A stretch of 64,000 bases of DNA from an uncultured Succinatimonas sp. (GTDB taxonomy: Bacteria > Pseudomonadota > Gammaproteobacteria > Enterobacterales > Succinivibrionaceae). Of the stretch, positions 1-10,396 are shown piece after piece (the stretch's first letter is position 1; the number at the start of each line of letters is the position of its first letter). The stretch is taken from assembly GCF_905203285.1 (NCBI RefSeq), contig NZ_CAJKVK010000001.1:10802-74801 (forward strand). Direction: 5' to 3'. The position numbers and the translations under genes are program-made. Under the pieces are notes generated by a model, which was not told the origin of the DNA, made no database searches, and was given only the letters and a program-made list of their open reading frames with translations.

Positions 1-108
1 GCGCTTAGATTATACCTTAGGCTTTTACTCTTTTTCTCCGCTTCTAAGTTAAAATACACAACGATTTGTTTATATTCATTTTTCTTTTCCTAAAAAGAGC
101 TTAGCTTT

Positions 109-1047
109 ATGTTTGATTTGTGGGTTAATGAAATTAGACCGAAAACCTTGCTGCTTGCTGCAAGTAATTGCGCGGTCGGGTCCTTTTTGGGTTTGTATTA
201 CGGTGAGATTTCTGCTTATACGATTGTTTTGATGCTTTTGATTATCCTCACCGGAGTGCTGCTGCAGATTGTCTCCAATCTTGCAAATGATTACGGTGAT
301 GCTTGCAAGGGTGCTGACGGAGCAGCCCGCATCGGACCGATTCGTGCCGTAATGTCTGGAGGTTTGGCGCTTACTCAGTTAAGAAAAGGCATCGGAGTTA
401 CCATTCTTCTTGCTGTGGTTGTCGGTGCCATAGCGGTAGGAATGTCTTTTTTCAATAATATAAACGCTCTTGCATGGTTTCTTTTTTTAGGCGCCGTATC
501 TATTGTCGCGGCTCTTTTGTATACCGTAGGCATGGCTTACGGATATAAAGGTTTGGGCGATTTGTCGGTATTTATTTTCTTCGGCATCCTTGCCGTGGTC
601 GGTCCGCAGATCATGCTAAGCAACGCCAGTGATTTGGGGGTTGCAGTATATCCTGATACGGTTTTGTTATGCATAAGCGTCGGTGCTTCATCAGTAATGG
701 TTTTGCATGTTGCCAACATGCGTGATATTGATGAAGATGTGCTTAACGGAAAGAAGACGATTGCGGTGCGCTTGGGCCGTAGAATGGCAGGTTTTTATCA
801 TGCCTTTTTGTTTATTTTAACTTTGGTTTTCTCTCTTGCCGCCTGCTGTTTGTCGCATCGCGTATGGGAATGCGTAATTTTGCTTGTAGGCCTCATTCCT
901 TTGTTGTTATCGGCTTTTCGTGCGATAAATCATATTAAGGATCCGCTTCTTGTTGCTAAAGAGTTAAAGCATACGCTAATCGGTTGTTTTTGCCATAACG
1001 TAGCTTGGATAATCGTAATTTGCGTTGATTTTGTCTTATATATTTAG
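109..1047 (+). CDS. menA: 1,4-dihydroxy-2-naphthoate octaprenyltransferase (UbiA family)
   Basis: 312-aa polytopic membrane protein with the UbiA-family Asp-rich motif NDYGDACKGAD and about nine hydrophobic segments. Confidence 0.75.
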   Translation: MFDLWVNEIRPKTLLLAASNCAVGSFLGLYYGEISAYTIVLMLLIILTGVLLQIVSNLANDYGDACKGADGAARIGPIRAVMSGGLALTQLRKGIGVTILLAVVVGAIAVGMSFFNNINALAWFLFLGAVSIVAALLYTVGMAYGYKGLGDLSVFIFFGILAVVGPQIMLSNASDLGVAVYPDTVLLCISVGASSVMVLHVANMRDIDEDVLNGKKTIAVRLGRRMAGFYHAFLFILTLVFSLAACCLSHRVWECVILLVGLIPLLLSAFRAINHIKDPLLVAKELKHTLIGCFCHNVAWIIVICVDFVLYI

Positions 1048-1104
1048 TTAATTAAGGTGGCGCTTTTACGCGTCACCTAAATGAAGAAAACAATCCTTTT
1101 TTAA

Positions 1105-2556
1105 TTACTTACGCCAGAAGAATCGGGTGAAGCATAACAGTACCGGAATAATTTCAAGACGTCCAAGCAGCATGTCGATAGAGAAAAGAAGATGCAAGGG
1201 ACCAGATAAGGACGCAAAGTTTGCGGAGTTCGGCAGAACTACGTCACCCATGGTAGGACCGATGTTTGAAAGACAGGTAAGCGTAGCGGTAAAAGCATCG
1301 GTGATTGGAAGACCCATTAAGGTAGCAGCTAGCGTAGAACAAAAAGTAACTAGAATATATGCGACGAGAAAACTTACTACCGAAAACGAGGTCATGGAGT
1401 TGATTTCGGTTCCGTTAAATCTAGGATAAATCACGCCGTGCGGATGCAGGCTTCTTAGCATGTTGCATTTAAGCATGCGGTAGCATACTTGGATACGGAA
1501 AATTTTAATACCGCCTGAAGTAGATCCTGAGCATCCGCCTATCGCGAAAATGCTAAGGAAGATAACGCTTGCAAAAGGATTCCATTGGGAGAAATCTTCA
1601 AGAGTAAAGCCGGAACTTGAGATAATTGAAGTTACGTTAAAAAGACCGACGCGGATTGCTCTTTCGACATCGTATCCGTTATAGAAAATCAAAGATAAGA
1701 TTACCGCCGCGGAGAAAATCAGAATAATAAGAAACAGGCCTTTCACCTGTTCATCTTTAAAAAATACCGATCGGCTTTCGGTAAAAGAAGCAAGGATTAT
1801 AAGGAAGGGACAGGAACAGATGAACATGAAGAAAATGGCGCTGTAATGAACACCTGCAGGAAGTCCGTTCATTGATGCGTCAATCGGCATCATTCCGCCG
1901 GTTGCCACTGTACACATGGCGGCATTAATTGCCAGGAATATATCAAGACCGAAGAAGATATAGCATCCGGTGCACAATACGAGCAGCACGATGTAGAACA
2001 TCAATAAAGCAAACGCCATGGTTTTGATGTGCGGTGTAAGTTTTGTCCTTCCGTCAATCGATTCGGTTTTAAACAGATTCATACCGCCTAAAGCCAAGGT
2101 CGGGAGCACGGCAATACCGATAACGACGAATCCGATGCCGCCTAAATATTGCAGGATTGAACGCCACAACAATATGGAAGGCGGGCGAGTGTCAAGGTTA
2201 TTTATAACGGTAGCGCCGGTAGTTGATAAAGATGAAACCGATTCAAAAAGAGCAGCTAAAAAATCAATGTCGTCAAGCTGAATGAAAAAAGGGAATGATG
2301 CAATAAACGCTAAGATGCTCCATAAGAGAAAAGTAAACAAAAACAACTCTCTTAGCGCAATGAAGTTAGGTGAATTTTTACCGATGATTCTAAGGATGTT
2401 TCCGATTGCAACAGCTAAAACGGTAACGGAAACGAAGCTGAAAGCTCCCGGCGTCCCTGAAATTAACGCATATATGGCAGGAATAAGAGCAATTACCCCA
2501 AAGCCTGTAATGGCGGGGCTTAACATTTTAGCGATAATGCGGATATTTACTACCAT
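1105..2556 (-). CDS. trkH: Trk potassium uptake protein TrkH
   Basis: 483-aa membrane protein with TrkH/KtrB-type selectivity-filter-like repeats (GGxxxSTSGGIK). It overlaps trkA by a few nt, as in the trkA-trkH arrangement. Confidence 0.85.
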   Translation of the reverse strand: MVVNIRIIAKMLSPAITGFGVIALIPAIYALISGTPGAFSFVSVTVLAVAIGNILRIIGKNSPNFIALRELFLFTFLLWSILAFIASFPFFIQLDDIDFLAALFESVSSLSTTGATVINNLDTRPPSILLWRSILQYLGGIGFVVIGIAVLPTLALGGMNLFKTESIDGRTKLTPHIKTMAFALLMFYIVLLVLCTGCYIFFGLDIFLAINAAMCTVATGGMMPIDASMNGLPAGVHYSAIFFMFICSCPFLIILASFTESRSVFFKDEQVKGLFLIILIFSAAVILSLIFYNGYDVERAIRVGLFNVTSIISSSGFTLEDFSQWNPFASVIFLSIFAIGGCSGSTSGGIKIFRIQVCYRMLKCNMLRSLHPHGVIYPRFNGTEINSMTSFSVVSFLVAYILVTFCSTLAATLMGLPITDAFTATLTCLSNIGPTMGDVVLPNSANFASLSGPLHLLFSIDMLLGRLEIIPVLLCFTRFFWRK

Positions 2557-3935
2557 GACGGGATCCAGAATGAACGAGGTCTGAACAGCTTGGTTAAATG
2601 GCGCAGCTGTTTATGATCGGTAAGGAAGGCGATAAGATGATCGCCGTCCTCAAAACGCAGATCCTTATCAATTTTTAATACTTTATTGCCGCGAGTGATA
2701 AGACCTAAGGTTACTCCTTTGGGCAAATTGATGTCGTCTACTTTTTTACCGATGACTCTTGAGCTTAAGCGTGAACCGCGGATTGCCAGCTCCACGCCTT
2801 CTGCCATACCGTGGCGGAACAGGTAAGTTTTTTCCAAACCGTCTTGGCGGATATTGGATAAAAGTTCGGAAATCGTCGCGTCTTTAGGTGACACGATGGT
2901 ATCGATTTCGCGGGATGAAGCCAAAGTTAAATAGCTTTCATTGCGGATGATAGTGAAAGTTTTGGCGTGATTCGTGCGCTTTATCATAAATGATGAAATG
3001 ATGTTGGTTTCATCATCATTCGTGGCGGCAATGAAATAATCGGAATCGTAAATATGCTCTTCTAAAATGAAGTTGATGTCACTTGGATTGGAGCAGAAAA
3101 TTTCAACTTCAGTATCCTGTAAGCTGTCGGCTACGCGTTTGGCTCTTTGCGGATCCGATTCGATGAGTTTTACCCTAAAACGACGGGAAAGACGGCGGGC
3201 CAGCTCGTCTGAAATATGCGATCCGCCTGCGATGGTTATGGTTTTTACGCATTGATCGATAGGAAGAATGCCGCCAAGCACGCTTAGCGATCGGGCTTTT
3301 TCACAGCAAAAATAAATTTCGTCGCCTTCGCTTAATTCGGCGTTAAGAAAATCTCTTACCGGTCTTTCATTGCGGTAAAGCGCCAGAACGCTGACTTTTG
3401 CCCCGAAATCTTCAAGCTTTGATACTTTTTGTCCAAGAAGCTTTCCGCCTCTTGAACATTTGGCAGCGGCGATGACAAGACGCCCTGAGCAGTAATTTGA
3501 AACCGATAAGGCACCGGGCAGATCGATTAGATCCATGATGAAGTCGGCGATAAGATGCTCAGGAGCAATAATATGATCGATAGGAATTGCGTGCGGACCG
3601 AAGATTTCGTCTGCTTCAGTAAGGTAATCTGGCGTCCTGATGCGGGCGATTTTACGCGGAATTTGGAACAAGGAGGCAGCGATAGAACAGGCTGCCATAT
3701 TGATTTCATCAATATTGGAGGTAGCAACCAGAAGTTCAGTGTTTTCTGCGCCGGCGCTGCGCAGCACGGAAGGACGCGAGGGCATGCCCTGAACTACTCT
3801 TAAGTCAAGGCGGTTGCCGATTTGCGCCAATTCTTCTGACGGCGTATCGATTAAAGTTACCGCATGTCCGCTTCCGACCAGATATTCGGCAAGACCGATA
3901 CCCGCAGTTGTGGCTCCGATAATGATGATTCTCAT
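2550..3935 (-). CDS. trkA: Trk system NAD-binding subunit TrkA
   Basis: N-terminal Rossmann GxGxxG motif (MRIIIIGATTAGIGLAEYL). Tandem KTN/RCK domains, ~460 aa. Position between rsmB and trkH is conserved. Confidence 0.9.
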   Translation of the reverse strand: MRIIIIGATTAGIGLAEYLVGSGHAVTLIDTPSEELAQIGNRLDLRVVQGMPSRPSVLRSAGAENTELLVATSNIDEINMAACSIAASLFQIPRKIARIRTPDYLTEADEIFGPHAIPIDHIIAPEHLIADFIMDLIDLPGALSVSNYCSGRLVIAAAKCSRGGKLLGQKVSKLEDFGAKVSVLALYRNERPVRDFLNAELSEGDEIYFCCEKARSLSVLGGILPIDQCVKTITIAGGSHISDELARRLSRRFRVKLIESDPQRAKRVADSLQDTEVEIFCSNPSDINFILEEHIYDSDYFIAATNDDETNIISSFMIKRTNHAKTFTIIRNESYLTLASSREIDTIVSPKDATISELLSNIRQDGLEKTYLFRHGMAEGVELAIRGSRLSSRVIGKKVDDINLPKGVTLGLITRGNKVLKIDKDLRFEDGDHLIAFLTDHKQLRHLTKLFRPRSFWIPSW

Positions 3936-5263
3936 GTGTTTTTAATCATCCTTGCATAGAAAAATCCGTCAGCGTCGTCATCCCCCGGCAAATGCTGGAA
4001 GGTTCCGCCTTCGTGACCGAAAATGTTAAACGGCAGCAATTGCGCATCAGGGTGGCGCGATAAGAAAGCTTCAATTTGTTCGGAGTTTTCCTCAGGTAAA
4101 ATCGAACAAGTGGTATAAACCAAAATACCGCCCTTTTTAAGTTTGGAAAAAGCACTGTCTAAAATTTTAGCTTGAATCGCGGTTAAATTAGCGATATCTC
4201 CTTCACGTCTTAACCATTTTATATCAGGATGACGTCTTATAACTCCGGTTCCGGAGCAGGGAGCATCAACTAAAATGCGGTCAAATTCACCGTCAAACGC
4301 GGAGAGATCTTGAGCGTCAAGTACTTTAAAATCAGCATCGCGCTGCAGGCGGGAAAGATTTTCTTTAGCGCTTGCAAGACGTTTTTCATCGCAATCAAGA
4401 GCGGTTAATTTTACTGAAGGTTCCAGATCGAGAATATGCGCACTTTTTCCGCCGGGAGCCGAGCAGGTATCAAGTACCTTAATCTGCGGCTTTAAATCAA
4501 GAAGCGGCGCTGCAAGCTGGGCGGCTAAATCCTGTACGCTCACCCTGCCGCGCTTGAATAACGGCAGTTTTTCCGCAATTACCGGCTCTTCAAGCTGTAA
4601 AGCGCTGCTGCATAACGGCGTTCTTATGGCAAAAATATCGCAGTTTTCAAGTAAGACCAAATAATCATCGGTACCGATTTTCGAGTTCTCGACACGCAGC
4701 CACATCGGGGCATGCTCGTTTGAAGCTTTAAGAATAGCTTTGGTTTTGTCGCCGTAAGCGTTTTTAATTTTAGAGTAAAGCCAATTCGGGAAAGAAAACT
4801 CTACCGCTTCTTCGGTGCTGTGCTGTAAATGAGCACCTTCACGTAAAAAGCGTCTTAATACCGCATTGACCATGCCGGTAAAAGACTGGCACTTGCACAA
4901 TGCGCAGGCGCCTACCGTTGATGCTACAACGGCATGCGGAGGAGTTCGCATGAAGACTATCTGATAAATGGCACTTAAAAGTAAAGTATTCACTTCGCGG
5001 TATTTGGAACTTAACTTGTGATCTAAAAGCGGATGCAGGCTTAGATTCAAAAGTCTTCTGTGTCTTAAGGTGCCGTGTACTATTTCACTTACTAATGCGC
5101 GATCGCGTAAATCAAGCTCGGCGGTAAAACGCGGCATCAAATCGCTAAGCGATTGTCCTGTTTCCACTCCCGCAAGAATTTTGGCGGCAGCGGCCCGGCT
5201 TTGCGAACCTTGACCTATGACGGCTTTTTTACCGTTATTGCGCGGTTTATAAAATTTACTCAA
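3932..5263 (-). CDS. rsmB: 16S rRNA (cytosine967-C5)-methyltransferase RsmB/Sun
   Basis: 443 aa with an NusB-like N-terminus and a SAM methyltransferase C-terminus (DAPCSGTGV, PC and TC catalytic motifs). The fmt-rsmB-trkA order is conserved. Confidence 0.9.
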   Translation of the reverse strand: MSKFYKPRNNGKKAVIGQGSQSRAAAAKILAGVETGQSLSDLMPRFTAELDLRDRALVSEIVHGTLRHRRLLNLSLHPLLDHKLSSKYREVNTLLLSAIYQIVFMRTPPHAVVASTVGACALCKCQSFTGMVNAVLRRFLREGAHLQHSTEEAVEFSFPNWLYSKIKNAYGDKTKAILKASNEHAPMWLRVENSKIGTDDYLVLLENCDIFAIRTPLCSSALQLEEPVIAEKLPLFKRGRVSVQDLAAQLAAPLLDLKPQIKVLDTCSAPGGKSAHILDLEPSVKLTALDCDEKRLASAKENLSRLQRDADFKVLDAQDLSAFDGEFDRILVDAPCSGTGVIRRHPDIKWLRREGDIANLTAIQAKILDSAFSKLKKGGILVYTTCSILPEENSEQIEAFLSRHPDAQLLPFNIFGHEGGTFQHLPGDDDADGFFYARMIKNT

Positions 5264-6194
5264 ATTTCTTACCTACTGAAAAAATATCGCTTCTTGAACG
5301 GGCGAAATCGGCGGCATTGACGCGTCCTTTTCCCGGTGCCTGTATGATTTCAAGGCAAATTGCGCCCTCACTGCAGGCAACTGAAATCCCGTTTTTGTCA
5401 ACTGCGATTACGGTACCGGGCTCTTTTCCTTGGTTATCGTTTAAAACTTTAGCCTTGAAAATTTTAAACACGATATTGTTTATTGATGCGTTGGCAATCG
5501 GCCACGGATTAAGCCCGCGGATTTTAAGGTCGCAGTTTTTTGCACTGTCGCTAAAATTAAGTCTCGCTTCTTCTTTAGTGATTTTTTTAGCATAAGTCAC
5601 TAAAGCGGGATCCTGCGCACAAGGTGTTATTTTCTCTGAGAGAATAGCAGGAAGATTTTCTACTAAGGTTTTAGCCCCTAAAGAAGCCAGTTTGTCAAAA
5701 AGCGATCCTGATGTGTCATTTTCGCTGATGGGCATTTTTGCTTTTACAAGCATGTCGCCGGCGTCAAGCTCTTTGACGATTTTCATGATGGTAACGCCGG
5801 TAACGGAGTTGCCGTCTAAAAGAGCTCTTTGAATCGGGGCGGCGCCGCGATATGCAGGAAGGAGCGATCCGTGAACATTAATGCAGCCAAGTCGCGGTCC
5901 GTGAACAACGCTTTCAGGAAGAATAACTCCGTAAGCGACTACTATTGCAAGATCGGCGTTAAAACTTAAAAACTTTTCTACGTCTTCGTTATTTTTAAAG
6001 TTTTCAGGCGTTAAAACTTCAATATTGTGTAAAAGAGCCAACTCTTTTACTGGGCTTGGCGTAAGCTTGTGTCCGCGGCCTGCCGGACGATCAGGCTGAG
6101 TGTAAACTGCGCAGGGAATTATTTCCGCGTCGATTAACGCTTTTAGGTGAACTGCGGCAAAATCAGGAGTCCCGGCAAAAATAATCTTACTCAT
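5256..6194 (-). CDS. fmt: methionyl-tRNA formyltransferase
   Basis: 312 aa. N-terminus MSKIIFAGTPDFA, formyltransferase HGSLLP motif. Adjacent to def. Confidence 0.92.
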   Translation of the reverse strand: MSKIIFAGTPDFAAVHLKALIDAEIIPCAVYTQPDRPAGRGHKLTPSPVKELALLHNIEVLTPENFKNNEDVEKFLSFNADLAIVVAYGVILPESVVHGPRLGCINVHGSLLPAYRGAAPIQRALLDGNSVTGVTIMKIVKELDAGDMLVKAKMPISENDTSGSLFDKLASLGAKTLVENLPAILSEKITPCAQDPALVTYAKKITKEEARLNFSDSAKNCDLKIRGLNPWPIANASINNIVFKIFKAKVLNDNQGKEPGTVIAVDKNGISVACSEGAICLEIIQAPGKGRVNAADFARSRSDIFSVGKKFE

Positions 6195-6714
6195 GAGCGC
6201 GCGAAAGCTCCTTTTTAAGCTTGCGGTATTTGGTTAAAAGACGATCTCTTTTTAATCTTGACAGGTAATCAATGAAAAGTTTTCCGTCCAGATGATCAAG
6301 CTCGTGCTGCATGCAGATGGCAAGAAGTCCGTCTGCTTCATAGACTTGTTTTTGTCCGTTTAAATCCTGGCATTCTAAAGTGATCTTTTCAAAACGCTTT
6401 ACTTCGGCACGGTATTCAGGAACGGACAGACAGCCTTCCTCTGAGGCAACTTCACCTTCCTTGGCGGTGATTTTAGGATTAATCAGCACGAGTTTGTTTT
6501 TTCCCTGTTTCCCGTCCTCTTCAGGAATATCAATAACGACGATACGCTTTTCAATACCGATTTGCGGAGCTGCAAGGCCAATGCCTTCATCGTCATACAT
6601 GGTTTCAAACATATCGTCGGTAAGTTCTTTTAATGTGTCGTCAAACTCGGTTACCGGAGCACAAATTTGTCTTAATCTTTCATCGGGAAAAGTGACGATT
6701 TCACGGATAGCCAT
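6187..6714 (-). CDS. def: peptide deformylase
   Basis: 175 aa with the three PDF motifs GIGLAAPQ, EGCLSVP and HELDHL. Confidence 0.95.
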   Translation of the reverse strand: MAIREIVTFPDERLRQICAPVTEFDDTLKELTDDMFETMYDDEGIGLAAPQIGIEKRIVVIDIPEEDGKQGKNKLVLINPKITAKEGEVASEEGCLSVPEYRAEVKRFEKITLECQDLNGQKQVYEADGLLAICMQHELDHLDGKLFIDYLSRLKRDRLLTKYRKLKKELSRAHE

Positions 6715-6934
6715 TTCTTCTCCTTAAAGCGGCATCTTTAAAAATTTCGCTAAATAACATTTAAAGCACACATACGTAAGTTGAATTTTACCACGTAGCG
6801 GATTTTTCCGCATTTTTGGGCTGTTTCACATGAAAAAGCGGGTTTAAAAAATATATAACCAAAAGATAGTGTTGAAAATTAGGCGTTTTTTTGTTTTTTA
6901 GTTACAATTGCACCTCTTTTTTTGAGGGCACAAA

Positions 6935-7528
6935 ATGCAAACTAAACAAAAAGAACTGGAAGATCAATGTAAAGCCGATGACGGATTGGATGTAGGCGAT
7001 CCTTGTCCTAAATGCGGTTCTCCTTTGGTTTTGCGCCAATCTTCTCACGGTGAGTTTTTAGGCTGTTCGGATTTCCCTGCCTGTAAGTTCGTACAATATT
7101 CAAGGTTTAAGCATGCGGTAATGACCTTGCTGCGTCTTGACGCTCCGTGCCCTAAATGCGGAGCTCCTTTAGAAGTTAAAAAAGGCCGTTACGGTATGTA
7201 CATCGGCTGTTCTGATTACGAAAACTGTAATTTTATTTATTCGGAAACGGAAAAAACGCTTATTGCTTGCCCTGTGTGCAAAAAGGGTAAATTGATTGAA
7301 AGAAGCAATAGAACGGGGAAAAGATTTTTCGGCTGTTCAAATTATCCTGAATGCGGTTTTTCCGTACCGGGAGAGCCGGTAGAAAGTACTTGCGCACATT
7401 GCGGATTCCCGCTTAAGTTTAAGAAAAGGATTAAAGACGGAAGAATTGTCTTAAAGTGCGGCAATCCTGTTTGCTCTTCACGCAGATCTCGAAAATATGA
7501 GTTTTTTGCTGAAGAAAAAGTAAGTTAA
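6935..7528 (+). CDS. topoisomerase-I-type C4 zinc-ribbon protein (YrdD-like)
   Basis: 197 aa with four repeated CPxCG...GCSxYPxC zinc-ribbon units, as in the topoisomerase I C-terminal domain and YrdD. Sits upstream of tsaC/aroE as yrdD does in Enterobacterales. Confidence 0.7.
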   Translation: MQTKQKELEDQCKADDGLDVGDPCPKCGSPLVLRQSSHGEFLGCSDFPACKFVQYSRFKHAVMTLLRLDAPCPKCGAPLEVKKGRYGMYIGCSDYENCNFIYSETEKTLIACPVCKKGKLIERSNRTGKRFFGCSNYPECGFSVPGEPVESTCAHCGFPLKFKKRIKDGRIVLKCGNPVCSSRRSRKYEFFAEEKVS

Positions 7529-7602
7529 AGTCCATTTGCTTGGTCTTAAAATGCTAAAATTAATCTTTGTTTTTATTTTTAGCGCGATTTATGGAGTTAA
7601 CG

Positions 7603-8103
7603 ATGTCAAAACATTTCGTGGCTATTTTGATGGGTTCTGATTCTGATTTGCCTTTAGTCCAGAATACTATCGATATTTTAAAGAGTTTTAACATTAAAGT
7701 AGAAGTTCGCGTGGCTTCAGCTCATCGTACTCCTGATGTGGTTTCCTCTTTCGTTCAGGACAGTGAAAAACGCGGATGCGGCGTTTATATTTGTGCCGCA
7801 GGTCTTGCCGCTCATTTAGCCGGTGCCGTTGCCGCCCGCACTACTCGTCCTGTTATCGGTATTCCGGTTGACGGCGGTCCTTTAAAGGGTGTTGACGCTT
7901 TATATTCAACCGTAATGATGCCTGGCGGAATTCCTGTTGCCACCGTTGCCGTAGGTAAAGCCGGTGCTAAGAATGCCGCATATCTTGCAGCTCAGATTTT
8001 AGCTTTGACCGATCCTGATCTTGATGCTTTGGTTAAAGCCGATCGTGAAAAGGCAGCTAAAGAAGTCATGGCTAAAGACGCTGCATTGCAGGAAAAACTT
8101 TAA
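7603..8103 (+). CDS. purE: N5-carboxyaminoimidazole ribonucleotide mutase PurE
   Basis: [16 protein letters not shown]...AGLAAHLAG matches the class I PurE signature. Start placed at the second ATG (7603). The ORF track opens at 7567. Confidence 0.85.
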   Translation: MSKHFVAILMGSDSDLPLVQNTIDILKSFNIKVEVRVASAHRTPDVVSSFVQDSEKRGCGVYICAAGLAAHLAGAVAARTTRPVIGIPVDGGPLKGVDALYSTVMMPGGIPVATVAVGKAGAKNAAYLAAQILALTDPDLDALVKADREKAAKEVMAKDAALQEKL

Positions 8104-8673
8104 GTGGACGATCCTAAGCTTGTAAAGGCTGCAGAGATCTTAAAACAAGGCGGGGTAGTGATTGCCCCGACCGAAGGTCTTTACGGAATAAGCTGTCTTG
8201 CTTCAAATGACAGGGCAGTTGAAAGAGTAATTAAGGTTAAAGAACGTTCAAGCGCCAAAGGTCTTATCGTGGCCGTATCGTCTTTTGACATGGCTCAAGA
8301 CCTTATCGATTTTTCAAAGCTTAGTTCTGAAAACATTGATTTTATGCTCAGTATGTGGCCCGGTCCCCATACTTTTATCGTGCCTGCGGCAAAAAGCGTG
8401 TCATCGCTTGTAACCGGAGGCAGGGATAATATCGCTTTGCGCTTTACCGCTTTCTCTACATTGCAAAGACTATGTGATTTAAGCGGCGGTCCTCTTATTT
8501 CAAGCAGCGCTAATATTTCAGGCTATCCTCCGCTTATGACGCTCCACGAACTTAATGCTGTTTTTGGCGGTAAAGTTGATTATATTCTTGATTTACCTTG
8601 CCAAGGTCTTAAAGGACCGAGTTCCATTCATGATGCGATAACCGGTAAGTTATTGCGTAAAGGCGGGGTTTAA
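8104..8673 (+). CDS. tsaC: L-threonylcarbamoyladenylate synthase TsaC/YrdC
   Basis: 189-aa YrdC/Sua5 fold with a GTG start directly after the purE stop. Gene order tsaC-aroE as in E. coli. Confidence 0.85.
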   Translation: MDDPKLVKAAEILKQGGVVIAPTEGLYGISCLASNDRAVERVIKVKERSSAKGLIVAVSSFDMAQDLIDFSKLSSENIDFMLSMWPGPHTFIVPAAKSVSSLVTGGRDNIALRFTAFSTLQRLCDLSGGPLISSSANISGYPPLMTLHELNAVFGGKVDYILDLPCQGLKGPSSIHDAITGKLLRKGGV

Positions 8674-8685
8674 CGGTGATTTTTT

Positions 8686-9507
8686 ATGTCAGATAAATAC
8701 GCGGTTTTCGGTAATCCGATAGCTCACTCTCTTTCCCCTTTGATTCATGCTTTTTTTGCCAAAACCTTAAATGAAGATATTGAATACGGCAGGGTCTTGG
8801 TAGAGGAAGGCGGTTTTGTTAAAGCGGCTGATGAGTTTAAAGCAACAGGCGGCAAGGGGGTTAATGTCACGGCACCTTGTAAAATTGATGCTTTTAATTA
8901 TGTTGACAAATTATCTGACGCGGCAAAAATAGCCGGTGCCGTTAATACCGTTAAATTTACCGCTGACGGGGTATTAGGTGACAACACTGACGGCGTCGGT
9001 TTTATTTCCGATCTAAAAAGGCTCAAGGCAAAGCTCGAAGGTGCCAACGTCCTGTTAATCGGTGCAGGCGGCGCGGCGCAGGGAATTTTATATCCTTTAG
9101 TTAAATCGGAAGCTGCAAAGATTACGGTGGTAAACCGTACGGAGAGTAAGGCTTTGTCTTTAGCTAAGAAATTCAATTCCGATAAGGTTGATGCTAAAGG
9201 CTTTGATTCTCTTACCGGGGATTTTTCGGTAATTATCAACGCCAGCTCTTCAAGCCTTTTTAAAGAGTTGCCGCCCATTAACGATGCTTTTATTAAAAAG
9301 GCGGCTTTCGTTTACGATCTTGCTTACACTAAAGAAGGCTCGACCGTGTTTACGCAAAAAGCTCAAAGTCTTGGCGTAAGCGCGGCTTTTGACGGCCTGG
9401 GTATGCTCATTATGCAGGCTGCTGCAAGCTATGAAATCTGGCGCGGCGTTCGTCCCGATGTTGAGGCGGCTATTTCTTATATGCGTTCTGTCCTGAGTTC
9501 GCGCTAA
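8686..9507 (+). CDS. aroE: shikimate dehydrogenase
   Basis: 273 aa. N-terminal substrate-binding motif YAVFGNPIAHSLSP and an NADP Rossmann motif GAGGAA. Confidence 0.88.
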   Translation: MSDKYAVFGNPIAHSLSPLIHAFFAKTLNEDIEYGRVLVEEGGFVKAADEFKATGGKGVNVTAPCKIDAFNYVDKLSDAAKIAGAVNTVKFTADGVLGDNTDGVGFISDLKRLKAKLEGANVLLIGAGGAAQGILYPLVKSEAAKITVVNRTESKALSLAKKFNSDKVDAKGFDSLTGDFSVIINASSSSLFKELPPINDAFIKKAAFVYDLAYTKEGSTVFTQKAQSLGVSAAFDGLGMLIMQAAASYEIWRGVRPDVEAAISYMRSVLSSR

Positions 9508-10251
9508 ATGCTTACGGTTAAACTTTATCCTGATTCAAATATCGTATTAAATGACGATCTTAAAAGTGATCTTGAAGAGATACAAAAACTTCAGGTAAGT
9601 GATGACATCACTTTACATATCGCGGATAAAGTTTTTCTGTCTTGGGACTCTGATCCTAAATTAAAGCCTTTATGCTTTGACTTTTTATCCGATAAGCTTA
9701 TTTATCGGATAAGTCATGGCGGCAAACACAAAGAAAATGTGGCTAGGGCGGTGACATCAGGACTTAGTCATCCGGTTGTTTTTGATGCAACGGCAGGCAT
9801 GGGCCGAGACTCTTTTATTTTACAGTGTGCCGGGTGCAGTGTTTATATGTTTGAACGCAATCCGGTAATTTGGCTTTTGCTGCGCGATGCTTTAACCCGT
9901 GCGTCTTCTTCTCCTTTTTTTAAAGATTTACCCAACGGTCTTCCTTCTTTGATGCCTTGCGGTGAGGCGTGTCGCTATCAAGGTGATGTCGTTCCTGACG
10001 TCATATATTACGATCCGATGTTTCCTGACAGGAAGAAAAGCGCTTTAGTAAAAAAAGAAATGCGGATTTTCAAAGCGCTTATCGGTGCGGACGAGGATAT
10101 TGAAAGCACTCTTTTAGCGCTTATCCGTATGGCAACACATAAAGTTATCTTAAAACGTCCGCAAACTGCAGCACCTATTTCTTTTCAAGATGTTAAGCCC
10201 ATCGGCTCGGTAGAGGGCGGAGCTTGCCGCTTTGATATCTATATGCACTGA
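9508..10251 (+). CDS. rsmJ: 16S rRNA (guanine1516-N2)-methyltransferase RsmJ
   Basis: 247 aa with the RsmJ/YhiQ signature DATAGMGRDSF. Its start codon abuts the aroE stop. Confidence 0.8.
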   Translation: MLTVKLYPDSNIVLNDDLKSDLEEIQKLQVSDDITLHIADKVFLSWDSDPKLKPLCFDFLSDKLIYRISHGGKHKENVARAVTSGLSHPVVFDATAGMGRDSFILQCAGCSVYMFERNPVIWLLLRDALTRASSSPFFKDLPNGLPSLMPCGEACRYQGDVVPDVIYYDPMFPDRKKSALVKKEMRIFKALIGADEDIESTLLALIRMATHKVILKRPQTAAPISFQDVKPIGSVEGGACRFDIYMH

Positions 10252-10308
10252 TGTTTTTCATCTTTTTTGAGTAAATAAAAACTAAATTTTGCTCAAATTT
10301 CCAAAAAT

Positions 10309-10318
10309 TTTGCGCAAA
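10309..10318. promoter_or_regulatory. 10-bp perfect palindrome TTTGCGCAAA upstream of the LacI-family regulator (candidate autoregulatory operator)
   Basis: Seen directly in the sequence. The same decamer recurs at 11457-11466 upstream of the transketolase/TRAP operon. Confidence 0.4.
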
Positions 10319-10396
10319 TAATCTCGGAATTTTTGTATACTAAAAATGTTTTTTTAGTAATAGACCGATTTTTGCGTCAATTTGCGGTGAATAATT

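Noticed and set aside
1127-2584. ORF-track entries on the plus strand (1127-1429, 2018-2281, 2282-2584) inside the trkH locus
   Set aside because: They lie entirely antisense to a well-supported trkH gene, have no RBS and no homology, and are typical shadow ORFs.
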